From an uncultured bacterium (GTDB lineage: Bacteria > Chlamydiota > Chlamydiia > Chlamydiales > SM23-39), in NCBI GenBank assembly GCA_963716985.1, contig OY970323.1:384001-448000 (forward strand): a DNA stretch of 64,000 nucleotides, read 5' to 3'. Every line of letters begins with the position of its first letter. Within the stretch, counting starts at the first letter, position 1. Positions 38,387 through 48,900 of this stretch are shown piece by piece. Both the position numbers and the translations under genes were made by a program. The notes under the pieces are model-generated. The model searched no databases. It was not told where the DNA came from and worked only from the letters and a program-made list of their open reading frames with translations.

Positions 38387-38826
38387 AAAGCTGCTCCTTG
38401 ATTAGCTTTTTGGTCATAAACGCAAGCTATCAAGAAAATTTTTGATTTAAATCTTTTATGGTGGGCTCACCTTCGTGATCGAAGGCGGGGATCGGAAAAT
38501 GAAATCTCCAAATGGTATCACTCAAGTGATCGAAAAGGGGGGATCCAAAAATGAAATCTCCAAGTGGTATCACTTGTGTGATCGTACCCCCTGGTTCCCA
38601 AAACTGATCTCCAAGTGGAGTCACTTTGGTGATCGTTCACACCTCTTTCGCAGATCATTAATAACCAATGTGTTGCATTTTGCTGAGTAAGCTTTCAACC
38701 ATTTAATGTTGAGACACTTAACAAAGATATGGGTAACGATCAGGGCAAATGCTTTCTGGATTTTTCGCTAATAATGTAAATTAAAAATTTTATTTAATAA
38801 ATGTCTTGCTTTGTTAAATTATTAAA

Positions 38827-38855
38827 TTGATTTTTATCTTAAAATTTTTTATAAT
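38827..38855 (+). promoter_or_regulatory. sigma70/sigma66-type promoter
   Basis: TTGATT-N17-TATAAT upstream of the AAGGAG SD of 38909. Confidence 0.55.
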
Positions 38856-38908
38856 TATAAAAACAAAAATAGAATAATTATATACATAAAAAATAAAAAA
38901 AGGAGAAG

Positions 38909-39859
38909 ATGATGACAACAAGTCAAATCACCACCTCGACTCTCTGCACTATATGTCGAGACACGCTCTCAGGCAATGAGAGCCAAGAAGTAACCCTTCA
39001 TTCACCAGACCATGCTGGACAAGAACCGCATCGATTTCATCGAGAGTGCATTACGCCCTGGGTCGCTGAACATCCTAGATGTCCACTTTGTAATCAAGAA
39101 GTGACTAAGGAAGTTCGAGGCGTGTTGTTCCAACCTCAACTAGTTACTGCAGCTGAACATGGCGCTTTGCTTGATGTCAATCGACTCCTTGCAGCTGCAA
39201 CCTTTTCTGATAAAGCTCGAGGGGAGGCGCTCAGGAAAGCAACTTTAAACGGACGCGCAACTATCGTCAATCGACTGCTTGCAGCCGGTGGCTCCATTTC
39301 TGCAGAAGATCGAGGCCTTGCAGTGCAAGGAGCAGCTTTCTATGGACGTCCTGATATCGTCATTCAACTACTTCATAGTGGTCCCATATCTGAAGAAGCG
39401 CGAGGCATTACTTTGCAAGGTGTAGCTTTCCATGGCTGTGAAGATATTGTCACCGAACTGCTTCAAAGTGCCCTCTTTTTTGATGCAGAAAGATTCCTAC
39501 ATCATCTAGGCAATGCTGTAGCAAATGCAGCTTCAAGTGGACATCTACCTGTTGTTAAACAACTACTTGCTGTCGGCCGCATTTCTGATGTAGATCGAGG
39601 CTCTGCTGTGATATGTGCAGCTTCAAATGGACATCTAGAGATCGTCCAACTACTGCTTGATAATGGCACTATTTCTAACGAAACACTAGATGATGCTGTG
39701 AAACGTGCAGCGTCAAAAGGACATCTACTTATCGTTAAGCAGCTGGCCGGTCGTGGCCCTATTTCTGAAACAGCTCGTCGTCAAGCCATCCGGAACGCTA
39801 ATGATCAGGGTCATACGGAAATCGCGGAGTTTCTGGATCAGAGTAGAAGCAAGCCCTGA
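38909..39859 (+). CDS. RING-finger plus ankyrin-repeat protein (candidate E3 ligase effector)
   Basis: CTIC..HRFHRECI..W..RCPLC followed by repeated AA.xGH..IV..LL units. Confidence 0.85.
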   Translation: MMTTSQITTSTLCTICRDTLSGNESQEVTLHSPDHAGQEPHRFHRECITPWVAEHPRCPLCNQEVTKEVRGVLFQPQLVTAAEHGALLDVNRLLAAATFSDKARGEALRKATLNGRATIVNRLLAAGGSISAEDRGLAVQGAAFYGRPDIVIQLLHSGPISEEARGITLQGVAFHGCEDIVTELLQSALFFDAERFLHHLGNAVANAASSGHLPVVKQLLAVGRISDVDRGSAVICAASNGHLEIVQLLLDNGTISNETLDDAVKRAASKGHLLIVKQLAGRGPISETARRQAIRNANDQGHTEIAEFLDQSRSKP

Positions 39860-39905
39860 CGTAGGATAGTGATCGCTATTTGGTCTATTGTGGGCCGCGA
39901 AGGAT

Positions 39906-40223
39906 TTATGCTTTGATCTTAATGTCAACGCCAGCCGCAACGGGCAGTACTTTGAGTTTATCGATTGTGTCGACGGTAGGATTCAAAATATCAAGAAGGC
40001 GGATATGGGTGCGGATTTCGAACTGTTCGCGGGATTTGCGGTCGATGTTGGGGGAGCGAAGGACCGTGTAAATTTCACGGCGTGTGGGAAGAGGAATAGG
40101 TCCGACCACTCGAGCGCCGGTGCGTTTGGCCGTTTCTACAATATCGGCCGTCGATCGGTCCAATTGTCTTGGATCGTACGCTTTGAGTCGGATTCTGATT
40201 TTTTGTCTGGGCTGCTTGGTCAT
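39906..40223 (-). CDS. rpsJ: 30S ribosomal protein S10
   Basis: [23 protein letters not shown]; start at MTKQ. Confidence 0.97.
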   Translation of the reverse strand: MTKQPRQKIRIRLKAYDPRQLDRSTADIVETAKRTGARVVGPIPLPTRREIYTVLRSPNIDRKSREQFEIRTHIRLLDILNPTVDTIDKLKVLPVAAGVDIKIKA

Positions 40224-40230
40224 ATTTCCT

Positions 40231-42321
40231 CTATTTCTTGATGATTTCTTCTTGGATTTTTGTAGGTACTTTTTCGAAATGCGATGGTTCCATAGTATAG
40301 CTGGCTCTTCCTTTTGTCTGTGAGCGAAGAGATGTGGAGTAGCCGAACATTTCACTCAAAGGAACCTCTGCAGTGACGACTGCAATTCCCTTTGTGCTTT
40401 CCTGCCCTAAAATTTTTCCCCTTCTTCGGTTCAAATCACCAATCACATCGCCCATATAATCCTCGGGGGTTGTGACATCGACCTTCATGATGGGCTCAAG
40501 AATGATGGGCTTGCATTTACGGGCCGCTTCTTTGATCGCCATGGATCCGCAAATTTTGAAGGCAAGCTCACTTGAGTCCACTTCGTGGTAGGAGCCATAA
40601 ACAATCGCAACTTTCACGTCGACAAGGCTATAGCCTGCCAAGACGCCTGTTGCCAAACCATCTTCCACGCCATCGATGACCGCAGGAATATATTCTCTTG
40701 GAATGACGCCGCCGACGATTTTGCTGACAACTTCATTGCCTTTTCCCGGTTCGTTGGGTTCAATTTCCAATACCACGTGCGCATACTGTCCGCGGCCGCC
40801 GCTCTGCTTGACGAATTTGGTATCTTGCTTGCCCGGTACGGTAATGGTCTCTTTGTAGGCAACCTGTGGCTTGCCGACATTCGCATCGACTGAAAATTCG
40901 CGGAACATGCGGTCTTTAATGATGTCGAGATGCAGCTCTCCCATTCCGGAGATGATCGTTTGTCCTGTTTCGGGATCGCTTTTTACGCGGAATGTAGGGT
41001 CTTCTTCGGAAAGAGCGGAAAGTGCAATCGAGAGCTTTTCTCTTTCCGCTTTTGTTTTAGGTTCGATCGCCATCGAAATGACGGGCTCGGGGAATTCCAT
41101 TTTCTCGAGAAGAACAGGGAAATCTTCGGAGCAAAGAGTATCTCCGGTCGATGCAAATTTGAGTCCGATACAGCCTGCGATATCTCCGGTGAAGAACTCA
41201 TCGCGGTCTTTGCGCTGGTTGGCATGCATTTCGAGGAGGCGGGAAAGGCGCTCTTTTTTCCCTTTTGTTGTATTGATGACCGTATCTCCCTTGCGCAGAA
41301 CGCCGCTATAGACGCGAACGAATGTCAGCCTTCCTACATAAGGATCCGACCAGATCTTAAAGACAAGAGCGCTAAGCGGGCTCTCGTCCGAGGGGGTGAT
41401 CTCCATCGGTTCGTGCGAAGTGGGATTCTGTCCCTTGATGATTCCTCGGTCGAGAGGGGAGGGCATCCATTGCACGACCGCGTCCAGAATCTGCTGCACC
41501 CCTTTGTTTTTAAAGGCGCTTCCGCAAAGAACCGGATAAAGTTTGTTTTCGCATACGCCCTTGCGGATGGCTCGATGAATCTCCCCTTCGGTAAGAGATG
41601 CGGGATTCTCGAGAACCTTTGTCATGAAGGATTCGTTGGTTTCATCGATCGTGGCCAATTCTTCGAGGAGTTGAGCTCTCATTTTTTTGCACTGATCGGC
41701 CAGATGAGCGGGGATGGGCTCTACGACGTATTCTGAGCCAAGTGTTTCATCTTTAAAAACATAGGCGTTCATGGTGATGAGGTCCACCATTCCCAGGAAT
41801 TCGCTTTCTGCGCCGATCGGGCAATGGACGGCAATCGCGTTGGCGCCCAGCTTTTCTCTCATGGACTTGACGGCTGAGAAAAAGTCGGCTCCGGTGCGGT
41901 CCATTTTATTGACGAATGCAATCCGAGGAACGCCATAATGCGTGGCTTGCCTCCAAACGGTTTCCGATTGCGGCTGCACACCGGCAACGCCGCAAAAAAC
42001 CGCAACTGCGCCGTCGAGAACGCGAAGGGAGCGTTCCACTTCGATCGTAAAATCCACGTGGCCCGGAGTATCGATGATGTTGATCTTGCTCTGCTTCCAA
42101 TAGACGGTTGTGGCCGCGGATGTGATTGTGATGCCGCGCTCTCTTTCCTGTTCCATGAAGTCCATGGTGGTAGTGCCCTCATGTACCTCTCCCAGGCGAT
42201 GAAGACGGCCCGAATAATAGAGAATGCGCTCCGTAACGGTCGTTTTACCGGCGTCAATATGTGCCATGATGCCAATGTTGCGGACATGGCTTAATTCATC
42301 AGTTTCGGGTCGTTTGCTCAT
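40231..42321 (-). CDS. fusA: Elongation factor G
   Basis: [26 protein letters not shown]. Confidence 0.98.
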   Translation of the reverse strand: MSKRPETDELSHVRNIGIMAHIDAGKTTVTERILYYSGRLHRLGEVHEGTTTMDFMEQERERGITITSAATTVYWKQSKINIIDTPGHVDFTIEVERSLRVLDGAVAVFCGVAGVQPQSETVWRQATHYGVPRIAFVNKMDRTGADFFSAVKSMREKLGANAIAVHCPIGAESEFLGMVDLITMNAYVFKDETLGSEYVVEPIPAHLADQCKKMRAQLLEELATIDETNESFMTKVLENPASLTEGEIHRAIRKGVCENKLYPVLCGSAFKNKGVQQILDAVVQWMPSPLDRGIIKGQNPTSHEPMEITPSDESPLSALVFKIWSDPYVGRLTFVRVYSGVLRKGDTVINTTKGKKERLSRLLEMHANQRKDRDEFFTGDIAGCIGLKFASTGDTLCSEDFPVLLEKMEFPEPVISMAIEPKTKAEREKLSIALSALSEEDPTFRVKSDPETGQTIISGMGELHLDIIKDRMFREFSVDANVGKPQVAYKETITVPGKQDTKFVKQSGGRGQYAHVVLEIEPNEPGKGNEVVSKIVGGVIPREYIPAVIDGVEDGLATGVLAGYSLVDVKVAIVYGSYHEVDSSELAFKICGSMAIKEAARKCKPIILEPIMKVDVTTPEDYMGDVIGDLNRRRGKILGQESTKGIAVVTAEVPLSEMFGYSTSLRSQTKGRASYTMEPSHFEKVPTKIQEEIIKK

Positions 42322-42353
42322 CGTTTATACCTAAATTTTTGAAAATGTTTGTC

Positions 42354-42827
42354 TTACCATTTATAATGCGCGAAGGCTCGATTGGCTTCAGCCATACGAT
42401 GCATATCATCTTTTTTCTTAATCGTCGACCCTTGATTTGTATAGCAATCGGCAAGTTCGATACTGAGGCCATCAATCATGCTGCGGCCCGGTTTGGATCT
42501 TGCGTTATCGATCACCCATCTCATGGCAATGGAAGTTCTGCGATCGGGAGGAATTTCAACGGGGACCTGGTAGGTGGCTCCTCCGATTCTTCGGGATTTT
42601 ACCTCCAGAGAGGGTTTGGCATTTTCAAGCGCCTGTTCGAAGGCTTCTAAGATATTTTCTTGTTTGGTTTTTTCCGCAAATTTTTTCAGAGCTTCATAGA
42701 CGATTTTCATGGCCGTTGATTTTTTTCCCTGCATCATGATTTTGTTGATGAACTTGGCCACAGTTTGGCTGTTGTAGGTGGGATCGGATAAGATCTTACG
42801 TTTTTCTGCTCTATGCCTTCTAGACAT
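42354..42827 (-). CDS. rpsG: 30S ribosomal protein S7
   Basis: SRRIGGATYQVP, HRMAEANRAFAH. Confidence 0.98.
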   Translation of the reverse strand: MSRRHRAEKRKILSDPTYNSQTVAKFINKIMMQGKKSTAMKIVYEALKKFAEKTKQENILEAFEQALENAKPSLEVKSRRIGGATYQVPVEIPPDRRTSIAMRWVIDNARSKPGRSMIDGLSIELADCYTNQGSTIKKKDDMHRMAEANRAFAHYKW

Positions 42828-42893
42828 CGCTCTTCTTCCTTTCTTTGTTGCTCAATTTCTATCACTCTTTCTTTTTAAAAGACTTGTCTAACA

Positions 42894-43262
42894 TTAGCTC
42901 TTTTTCGCGCCATAGCGGGAACGGCTTTTTTTTCTATCTTTGACTGCCGCGCAGTCGAGAGAACCTCGAACGATATGGTAACGGACGCCGGGGAGGTCCT
43001 TGACCCTTCCTCCGCGCACAAGAACGATGCTATGTTCTTGCAAGTTATGTCCTTCTCCCGGGATATAAGCAATGACTTCTTGGCCGTTAGAAAGGCGTAC
43101 CCAAGCGACTTTTCGCAGGGCAGAGTTTGGCTTTTTTGGTGTTTTTGTTTTCACCTGGAGGCAAACGCCTCTTCTTTGAGGGCTTTGCTGCAATGCAGGG
43201 GATTTTCTTCGTTTTCTGAGAGATTTACGCCCGTGTCGGACGAGCTGATTGATGGTCGGCAT
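42894..43262 (-). CDS. rpsL: 30S ribosomal protein S12
   Basis: [29 protein letters not shown]. Confidence 0.98.
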   Translation of the reverse strand: MPTINQLVRHGRKSLRKRRKSPALQQSPQRRGVCLQVKTKTPKKPNSALRKVAWVRLSNGQEVIAYIPGEGHNLQEHSIVLVRGGRVKDLPGVRYHIVRGSLDCAAVKDRKKSRSRYGAKKS

Positions 43263-43584
43263 TAAAAACTTTCTCCTTTCCAAAGGGTAAAATAATACCA
43301 CATAGAGGAGCAATATATCGGGAAGGCCAATTATATGCAAAAGGATTTCCAAAACAAATCCTATACCTTGAAATTGTTCTAACTTTTTAAGGCTATTGCT
43401 GTTTAAAAACAAACTAAAATAAATAATTATTAATTAAATTAAAATTGAATAATTAATAATTTTACATTTATACTTAATTTGGGGGATAAAAGTAACAAGG
43501 CCATGCTTTCAACACTTTGTTGGACTATAGAGTTTGGACCTAAAAGAGCTTTTATCCCCGATTCATCAGTAGGAAAGAGGGTCT

Positions 43585-45567
43585 ATGAAGTGGCTTCGAT
43601 TTTTTTGCCTCGCGTTGATTTTCCCTCTCCTGCTTTTTTCTCAAAATTCCTTAGAAATCAAGGATATCAAAAAATGGACGCATCGTCTTTTTGAGTATCA
43701 TGTAGAACAAAAAAAGTTCTCCTCCCAGCAGATGCGTCGATTCGTTAAGCTCTATGTTGGGCAATTTGACAAAGAAAAGACCTATTTCCTAGAAGACGAG
43801 GTGCTCTCCTATTTCAATGTGACCGAGAACCAAGCGAATGAGATGATCGCGCGACTGGAAGGGGAAGATTATTCGGATTTCATGCAAATCAATGCAATTT
43901 TGGCGCGCTCTGTAGAGAGAGCTAGAAAAAACAGGAATTTGTTGAAAGAGTCGATTTTGCATGAAGCGGATATGAATGGACCTGTTTTGCGAAGCGAATG
44001 GTCGAGTTTTGCCAAAAATGAAAAAGACCTGCAGGAAAGGCAGAGAATAGAATTGAGACGGCTTTTTCTGAATTACAAAAGGAAAATGGAGAGCGCTTCT
44101 CGGGAAAGGGAGGAAAAGGCTCTTCGGATGATTGAAAAAAAGCTTGTCCGGGCGGAAAATCGTTACATCGAAAAAAACGAACATGAATTTTCCCTCAATA
44201 TTTTAAAAGCTTTTGCCAAAAGTTTGGATGCTCATTCTGCCTTTTTTAGCCCCGAAGAAGCATTTGAGATGCGCATGAGCCTTGAAAAACAGTTTGAGGG
44301 ACTCGGAGTCATTCTTACAGAGAGCGTTGATGGGGCAATGGTCACGGATCTCATCAAGGGAAGCCCTGCGCAAAGGTCCGGGAAGATTCAGATTCGCGAT
44401 CTCATTGCAGAGATCGATGGAGAAAACGTCCTTGACCTCTCCTTTGAAGAGGTATTGGAAAAGCTGAAGAGAAAAAATGGGGAGTGCGTGAGTCTTGGGC
44501 TGTCCCGCTTTTCCGTAGAAAAAAGAGAGTATTTGCCTTCCTGGCATGTGACGTTAAAACCTGAACCAATCAGCATGGAGGAAGAAAAATTACGATCTAG
44601 CTTTGAGCCCTTTGGCAATGGCATTATCGGTAAAATTACCTTGACCTCTTTTTATGAAAATTCCGATGGGGTGACCTGCGAGGGGGACCTCAAGAAAGCG
44701 ATAGATGATCTTCGAAAGAAGGGCAATCTTCTTGGATTAATACTCGACCTTCGCGAAAACTCCGGTGGTTTTTTGAATCAAGCAGTAAAGGTTGCGAGCC
44801 TATTTTTATCCAACGGGATTGTCGTGATTTCGAAATATTCGAAAGGAGAGTGCCGCTATCTGCGCAATACAGAAGGCAAACCCTATTTTTCGGGCCCATT
44901 GATTCTCTTAACTTCGAAGCTTTCCGCGTCCGCATCGGAAATCGTCGCTCAAGCGCTGCAGGATTATGGCGTTGCTCTGATCGTTGGAGATGAGCGGACC
45001 TTTGGCAAGGGAACCATCCAATACCAGACAGTGACGAACGACAAGGCAGAAGCCTATTTCAAAGTGACGGTGGGGAAATATTATACCGTTTCCGGAAAAT
45101 CGACGCAGATTGAAGGGGTGAAAGCAGACGTTCTTCTACCCACCGAATTTTCCATTTATCATTTAGGGGAGCGCTATTTAGAATATCCTCTTGCCCCAGA
45201 CTACATCTCATCGCTCTATATTGATCCTCTTTATGACCTCGACCAAAAGACCAAGCGCTGGTTTGAAAAAAACTATATGCCCCATCTGCAGCCCTACGTT
45301 ACTTTTTGGCAAAAACATGCGAATATTCTTCAAGAAAACAGCGCGTTTCGTCAAAGTAAAGATTCCAATTTTCAGCTTTTCTTGAAAAAACAAGAGATGG
45401 TGAGGGAATCGCAATCCACTGAGGATTTGAAAAACTATGGCGTCGAGAATCTGCAAATGCAAGAAGGCGTCCACATTCTCAAGGATATGATTCTTTTGGA
45501 AGCGGAAAGATCTCCTTCTTCCAAGCCGTTGCAGAAAAGTCTTTCTTCTTCCCATAAAAAAAATTGA
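43585..45567 (+). CDS. tsp: Tail-specific protease (S41 family, PDZ domain)
   Basis: LDAHSAFF, DLRENSGG, SASASE, TFGKG; divergent from rpsL as in Chlamydia. Confidence 0.92.
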   Translation: MKWLRFFCLALIFPLLLFSQNSLEIKDIKKWTHRLFEYHVEQKKFSSQQMRRFVKLYVGQFDKEKTYFLEDEVLSYFNVTENQANEMIARLEGEDYSDFMQINAILARSVERARKNRNLLKESILHEADMNGPVLRSEWSSFAKNEKDLQERQRIELRRLFLNYKRKMESASREREEKALRMIEKKLVRAENRYIEKNEHEFSLNILKAFAKSLDAHSAFFSPEEAFEMRMSLEKQFEGLGVILTESVDGAMVTDLIKGSPAQRSGKIQIRDLIAEIDGENVLDLSFEEVLEKLKRKNGECVSLGLSRFSVEKREYLPSWHVTLKPEPISMEEEKLRSSFEPFGNGIIGKITLTSFYENSDGVTCEGDLKKAIDDLRKKGNLLGLILDLRENSGGFLNQAVKVASLFLSNGIVVISKYSKGECRYLRNTEGKPYFSGPLILLTSKLSASASEIVAQALQDYGVALIVGDERTFGKGTIQYQTVTNDKAEAYFKVTVGKYYTVSGKSTQIEGVKADVLLPTEFSIYHLGERYLEYPLAPDYISSLYIDPLYDLDQKTKRWFEKNYMPHLQPYVTFWQKHANILQENSAFRQSKDSNFQLFLKKQEMVRESQSTEDLKNYGVENLQMQEGVHILKDMILLEAERSPSSKPLQKSLSSSHKKN

Positions 45568-45609
45568 AAATAAACAGCTCTTCGAGTTATTTTTACAAGC
45601 ATCTTCTTT

Positions 45610-45682
<73 letters not shown>

Positions 45683-45901
45683 AATTTTTTTTCAAAAAAT
45701 TTGGGCTGAAAGAAAGCCGATTGCTTGGCTTTTGTCTGGAGTCGAAGTGAAGCTCGATATAGCGAGCGAACCGGCGGAAAGCCCGAAGTAGCCAATTTCC
45801 TTACCTCGTCTAAAACAGTTTTTGAATAATTATTATAAGTCGAATTTAATAGGGCCAACAAAAAACCGATAGATTTTCTAGCATTTTGAACTGGCCCGTC
45901 T

Positions 45902-48900
45902 CTAATACTCTCGGCCGAAGCCCAGATAGAAGAAAGTGTCGTAGAAGAGGCTGTTGAGCTGATAACTCGCATTCAGTTCGACTTGCCAGCCATGCTTAGT
46001 TGTGGTGAGGAGATCGAGCGCTACAAGAAGGCTATTGCGTCCAGGAGATTCGGTTGTGATCGTGGTTGGCAATGCAGTTGAATTGATTGCGTTTAGGCCG
46101 ATTGAAAGGCTCCGATCGAGATATTCATACTGCCATCCGAGATCGAGTTCAGCTCGGAGAGTAGAGGAACCTGGGTGGAATAGATAATTGAATCGAGCAC
46201 CTAAAACCGATGTGAGCGAGTCGGGTGTATGGGAGGCAACTTGGAGGTCGTAAATGCCCGCTCCTGTTTCTGTATACCCATCGATGAAGTCAATGACATA
46301 TTGCAGTGTTGCAAGAGGTACGAAAGAGAAATTGGCTGGAAGCCAAGAATGTCTTCGGCCCGAGAGGGTATATTCAATTCCGAACAGGGTGTCTGCGGCT
46401 ACTTCATGGGTTTTGCCGATCGCAGTCAACTCTTGATTAATTCCTGTCTTGCGTTTGGTTTTGTCCCAATTGTAAGCGCATCCAACGATCGCTTCGAAAG
46501 CGAGGTCGGGCGCTTTTTTAGGGACGATTGTGCCGTAAAAGCTGCCGTGAAGACGGTCAAAGGTGCTGGTTCCCCAGTTATTGTCGGCAGTACCCCAGCT
46601 TTTTCTGTATTCAATAAGGGCTCCGAATCCAGCCCAAGCACTTCTCTCCTCTCGATCTTCTAGGATTCCATCGACGCCTGCAAGGACTCCCGCAGTCACG
46701 TATCCTAACCCTGCCTGATCTTTTTTTGAGTCCACGTTTCCAAAGGATGCGACGGGACCTAAATAAACGTTGTAGGGATGCTCTTTTCCTTGCGCAACTC
46801 TTTCAGAGAGCTGTTCGGTTTTTTGAAAGGTCTCGGAATTGAGTTGTTGAGCGAGCGAATCGGCGATGGGAAGGAGTTGTTCGTCATTCGAGGCGGTGAG
46901 TAAGTGTTCATCGAAGGAAAGCGATGAGGCGGCGACAAGAGGGGCATTTGAAAAATGTATCCGTTTGCGCATCTGAGATGTCTTCTGTGTAATGAAGGCG
47001 TTGTGCTGGCCAATGGAGGTGAAGACGAGATTGATTGTGCTTCCGTGGACTGGAGCAGGGTTCGCTTTGCGCACGTCGAGTTGAACGCCATCGGGAAGAT
47101 AGACGATACTTGGGATTAACGATCCTGGAAAATTGGTGAAGGAGACGTGCGCAAATTGCCCGGTTCTTCCACCGGTTGCATCGAGGAGTTCGATGGTATC
47201 GCCATTAGTTAATGAAATGCCGGGAAGGGCATTCACAACTAAATTGCCGTCGAGAGTTGCGGTTCCCGCGGCAGTCACTTTGCCAAAACTTGTCAGTGAA
47301 AGGATATTCGTTTGCAGCGTTCCCGAAGAGCTTTGTATATAATCATCGGCTAAAACCGAGCCAGCTGTTGTTAGAGTCCCAGCGCTGAGAGCGATATTGG
47401 CGTTTGAAGAGCCGAGCGTCGCGCCCGCATTGTTGGTGACAATGCCTCCAGACACAGTGAAGGTGCTGCCGCTTCCGGCCGCCATCGTTGCGCCTGAGTA
47501 GTTGGTCACTATACCCGTAACAATATTGAAGGTAGTGGTCGCGGTAGCCATTGCGTAGTTATTAAACGTCGTAGGGCCAGCAGCATTTCCGATAGTGAAT
47601 GTAGTGCCAGCCGAGAGAGTTGAGTGGTTATTTACTGTAACTGGATTGCTAATTCCTCCAAGACCGCTAATCTCTAATGCGCCAGTGGGGCTTATTGTTC
47701 CATTGTTTTCGATGACATTTCCTTCCAGAAGAAGATTTGCAGGAGAAAGAGTGCCGTAGTTATTCAAGGTTCCGCTGCCGGCCCCTTCGCTTACATTCCA
47801 AGTTCCGGTTGAAATAATTGATGATTCGGGTCCGAGTGTTAGGCTTCCGGCGTTGAGTGTAAATCGGGAGTCTTGCTCAAGAGAAATGGTTGTGTTGATT
47901 GTATGATCTCCCTGGAAGACGGTAATCGTAGGCTTGGTCGACATAGGAGGACCGTCGAGGAAAATGGTTCCCATACCACTGAAGTTCTCGATTGTGTAGG
48001 AAGTCAAGGAAGAGTCGAAGGTGAGATCGTGTAATGTGACGTTTTGCGCAATTGTTCCTGCGGAGTTTGCTAGAGTGACGGTGACAGACGAAGCGGCGAC
48101 AGTGGGAAAAGTGGCGGTATCTTGATTGGCGGCCATTCCGCCGATTCCTGGAACGCAGCTGCTCCAGTTCGCCATCGTGTCCCAATTGCCATTGGAGTCA
48201 GACGTCCAATCTCCATCGCAGTTTGCACTTGCGCCTAAGATGATGCGGTTTTCGCTGTAGTCATAGGTCAGCTTCCCGAAGGGGAGCGTGGTCGAAGAGA
48301 AGATTCCATGCAACTGCTTTCCAGTTCCGCTCGATTGGAAAAGAATCACTTGAGTGGCTGAAGAGGGGGTGAACATTCCCGTGTTTGTTACAACCAGCGT
48401 TCCATTCAGATTGATGCTTGCAGTGGTCGTTACATTTCCAACGGGAGCCGCAGCGTTCATAGGAAAATTAAAGGTGGTTGTTCCGCCTGAATTTTGAGTA
48501 AAGGCTGTGGCTGAGATAGTTGCGCTGCTGGCGACATTGCCTGAATTGGTAATGCTGCCAATGGTATTGGCAAATGTTTGAAAATTGAGAGTCGCCCCGT
48601 TTGCTACAGTGAGAGCGCTTGTACCAAAGGCCTGAGTCGAACCAGCGAGGAGAGAACCGCCATTGATAGCGGTGGGGCCGCTGTAGCCATTTGTACCGCT
48701 GAGGGTCAGGTTGCCCGTGAGCGTGAGTCCGCCAGTTCCTGAGATATTACCCGAAAACGTAAGGCCCGATCCATTGTCAATTGTAAGCGTTGCCGATCCT
48801 AATGTGACATTGCCAGATCCGGCTAGACTACGAATCGTGTTATTGAAATTATTGAGAGAGAGGGTTCCGCTAGCTCCAACTGTGAAGGCCGAGCTGCTTG

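Larger units (their letters stand above)
33688..38641 (-). mobile_element. IS21-family insertion sequence
   Basis: TG...CA ends, about 130-bp subterminal inverted repeats, 5-bp TSD CCTCT, istA and istB. Confidence 0.93.
33669..38743. mobile_element. IS50-like MITE split by IS21 (halves 33669-33687 and 38642-38743)
   Basis: Ends CTGATCCTTTCCCACCTCT and AGATATGGGTAACGATCAG; 9-bp TSD GGTAAATGC/GGCAAATGC; unsplit relative at 15677-15797. Confidence 0.82.

Noticed and set aside
39860..43262. str operon lacking tuf, and rpsJ not followed by rplC
   Set aside because: Normal arrangement in Chlamydiae, not a novelty
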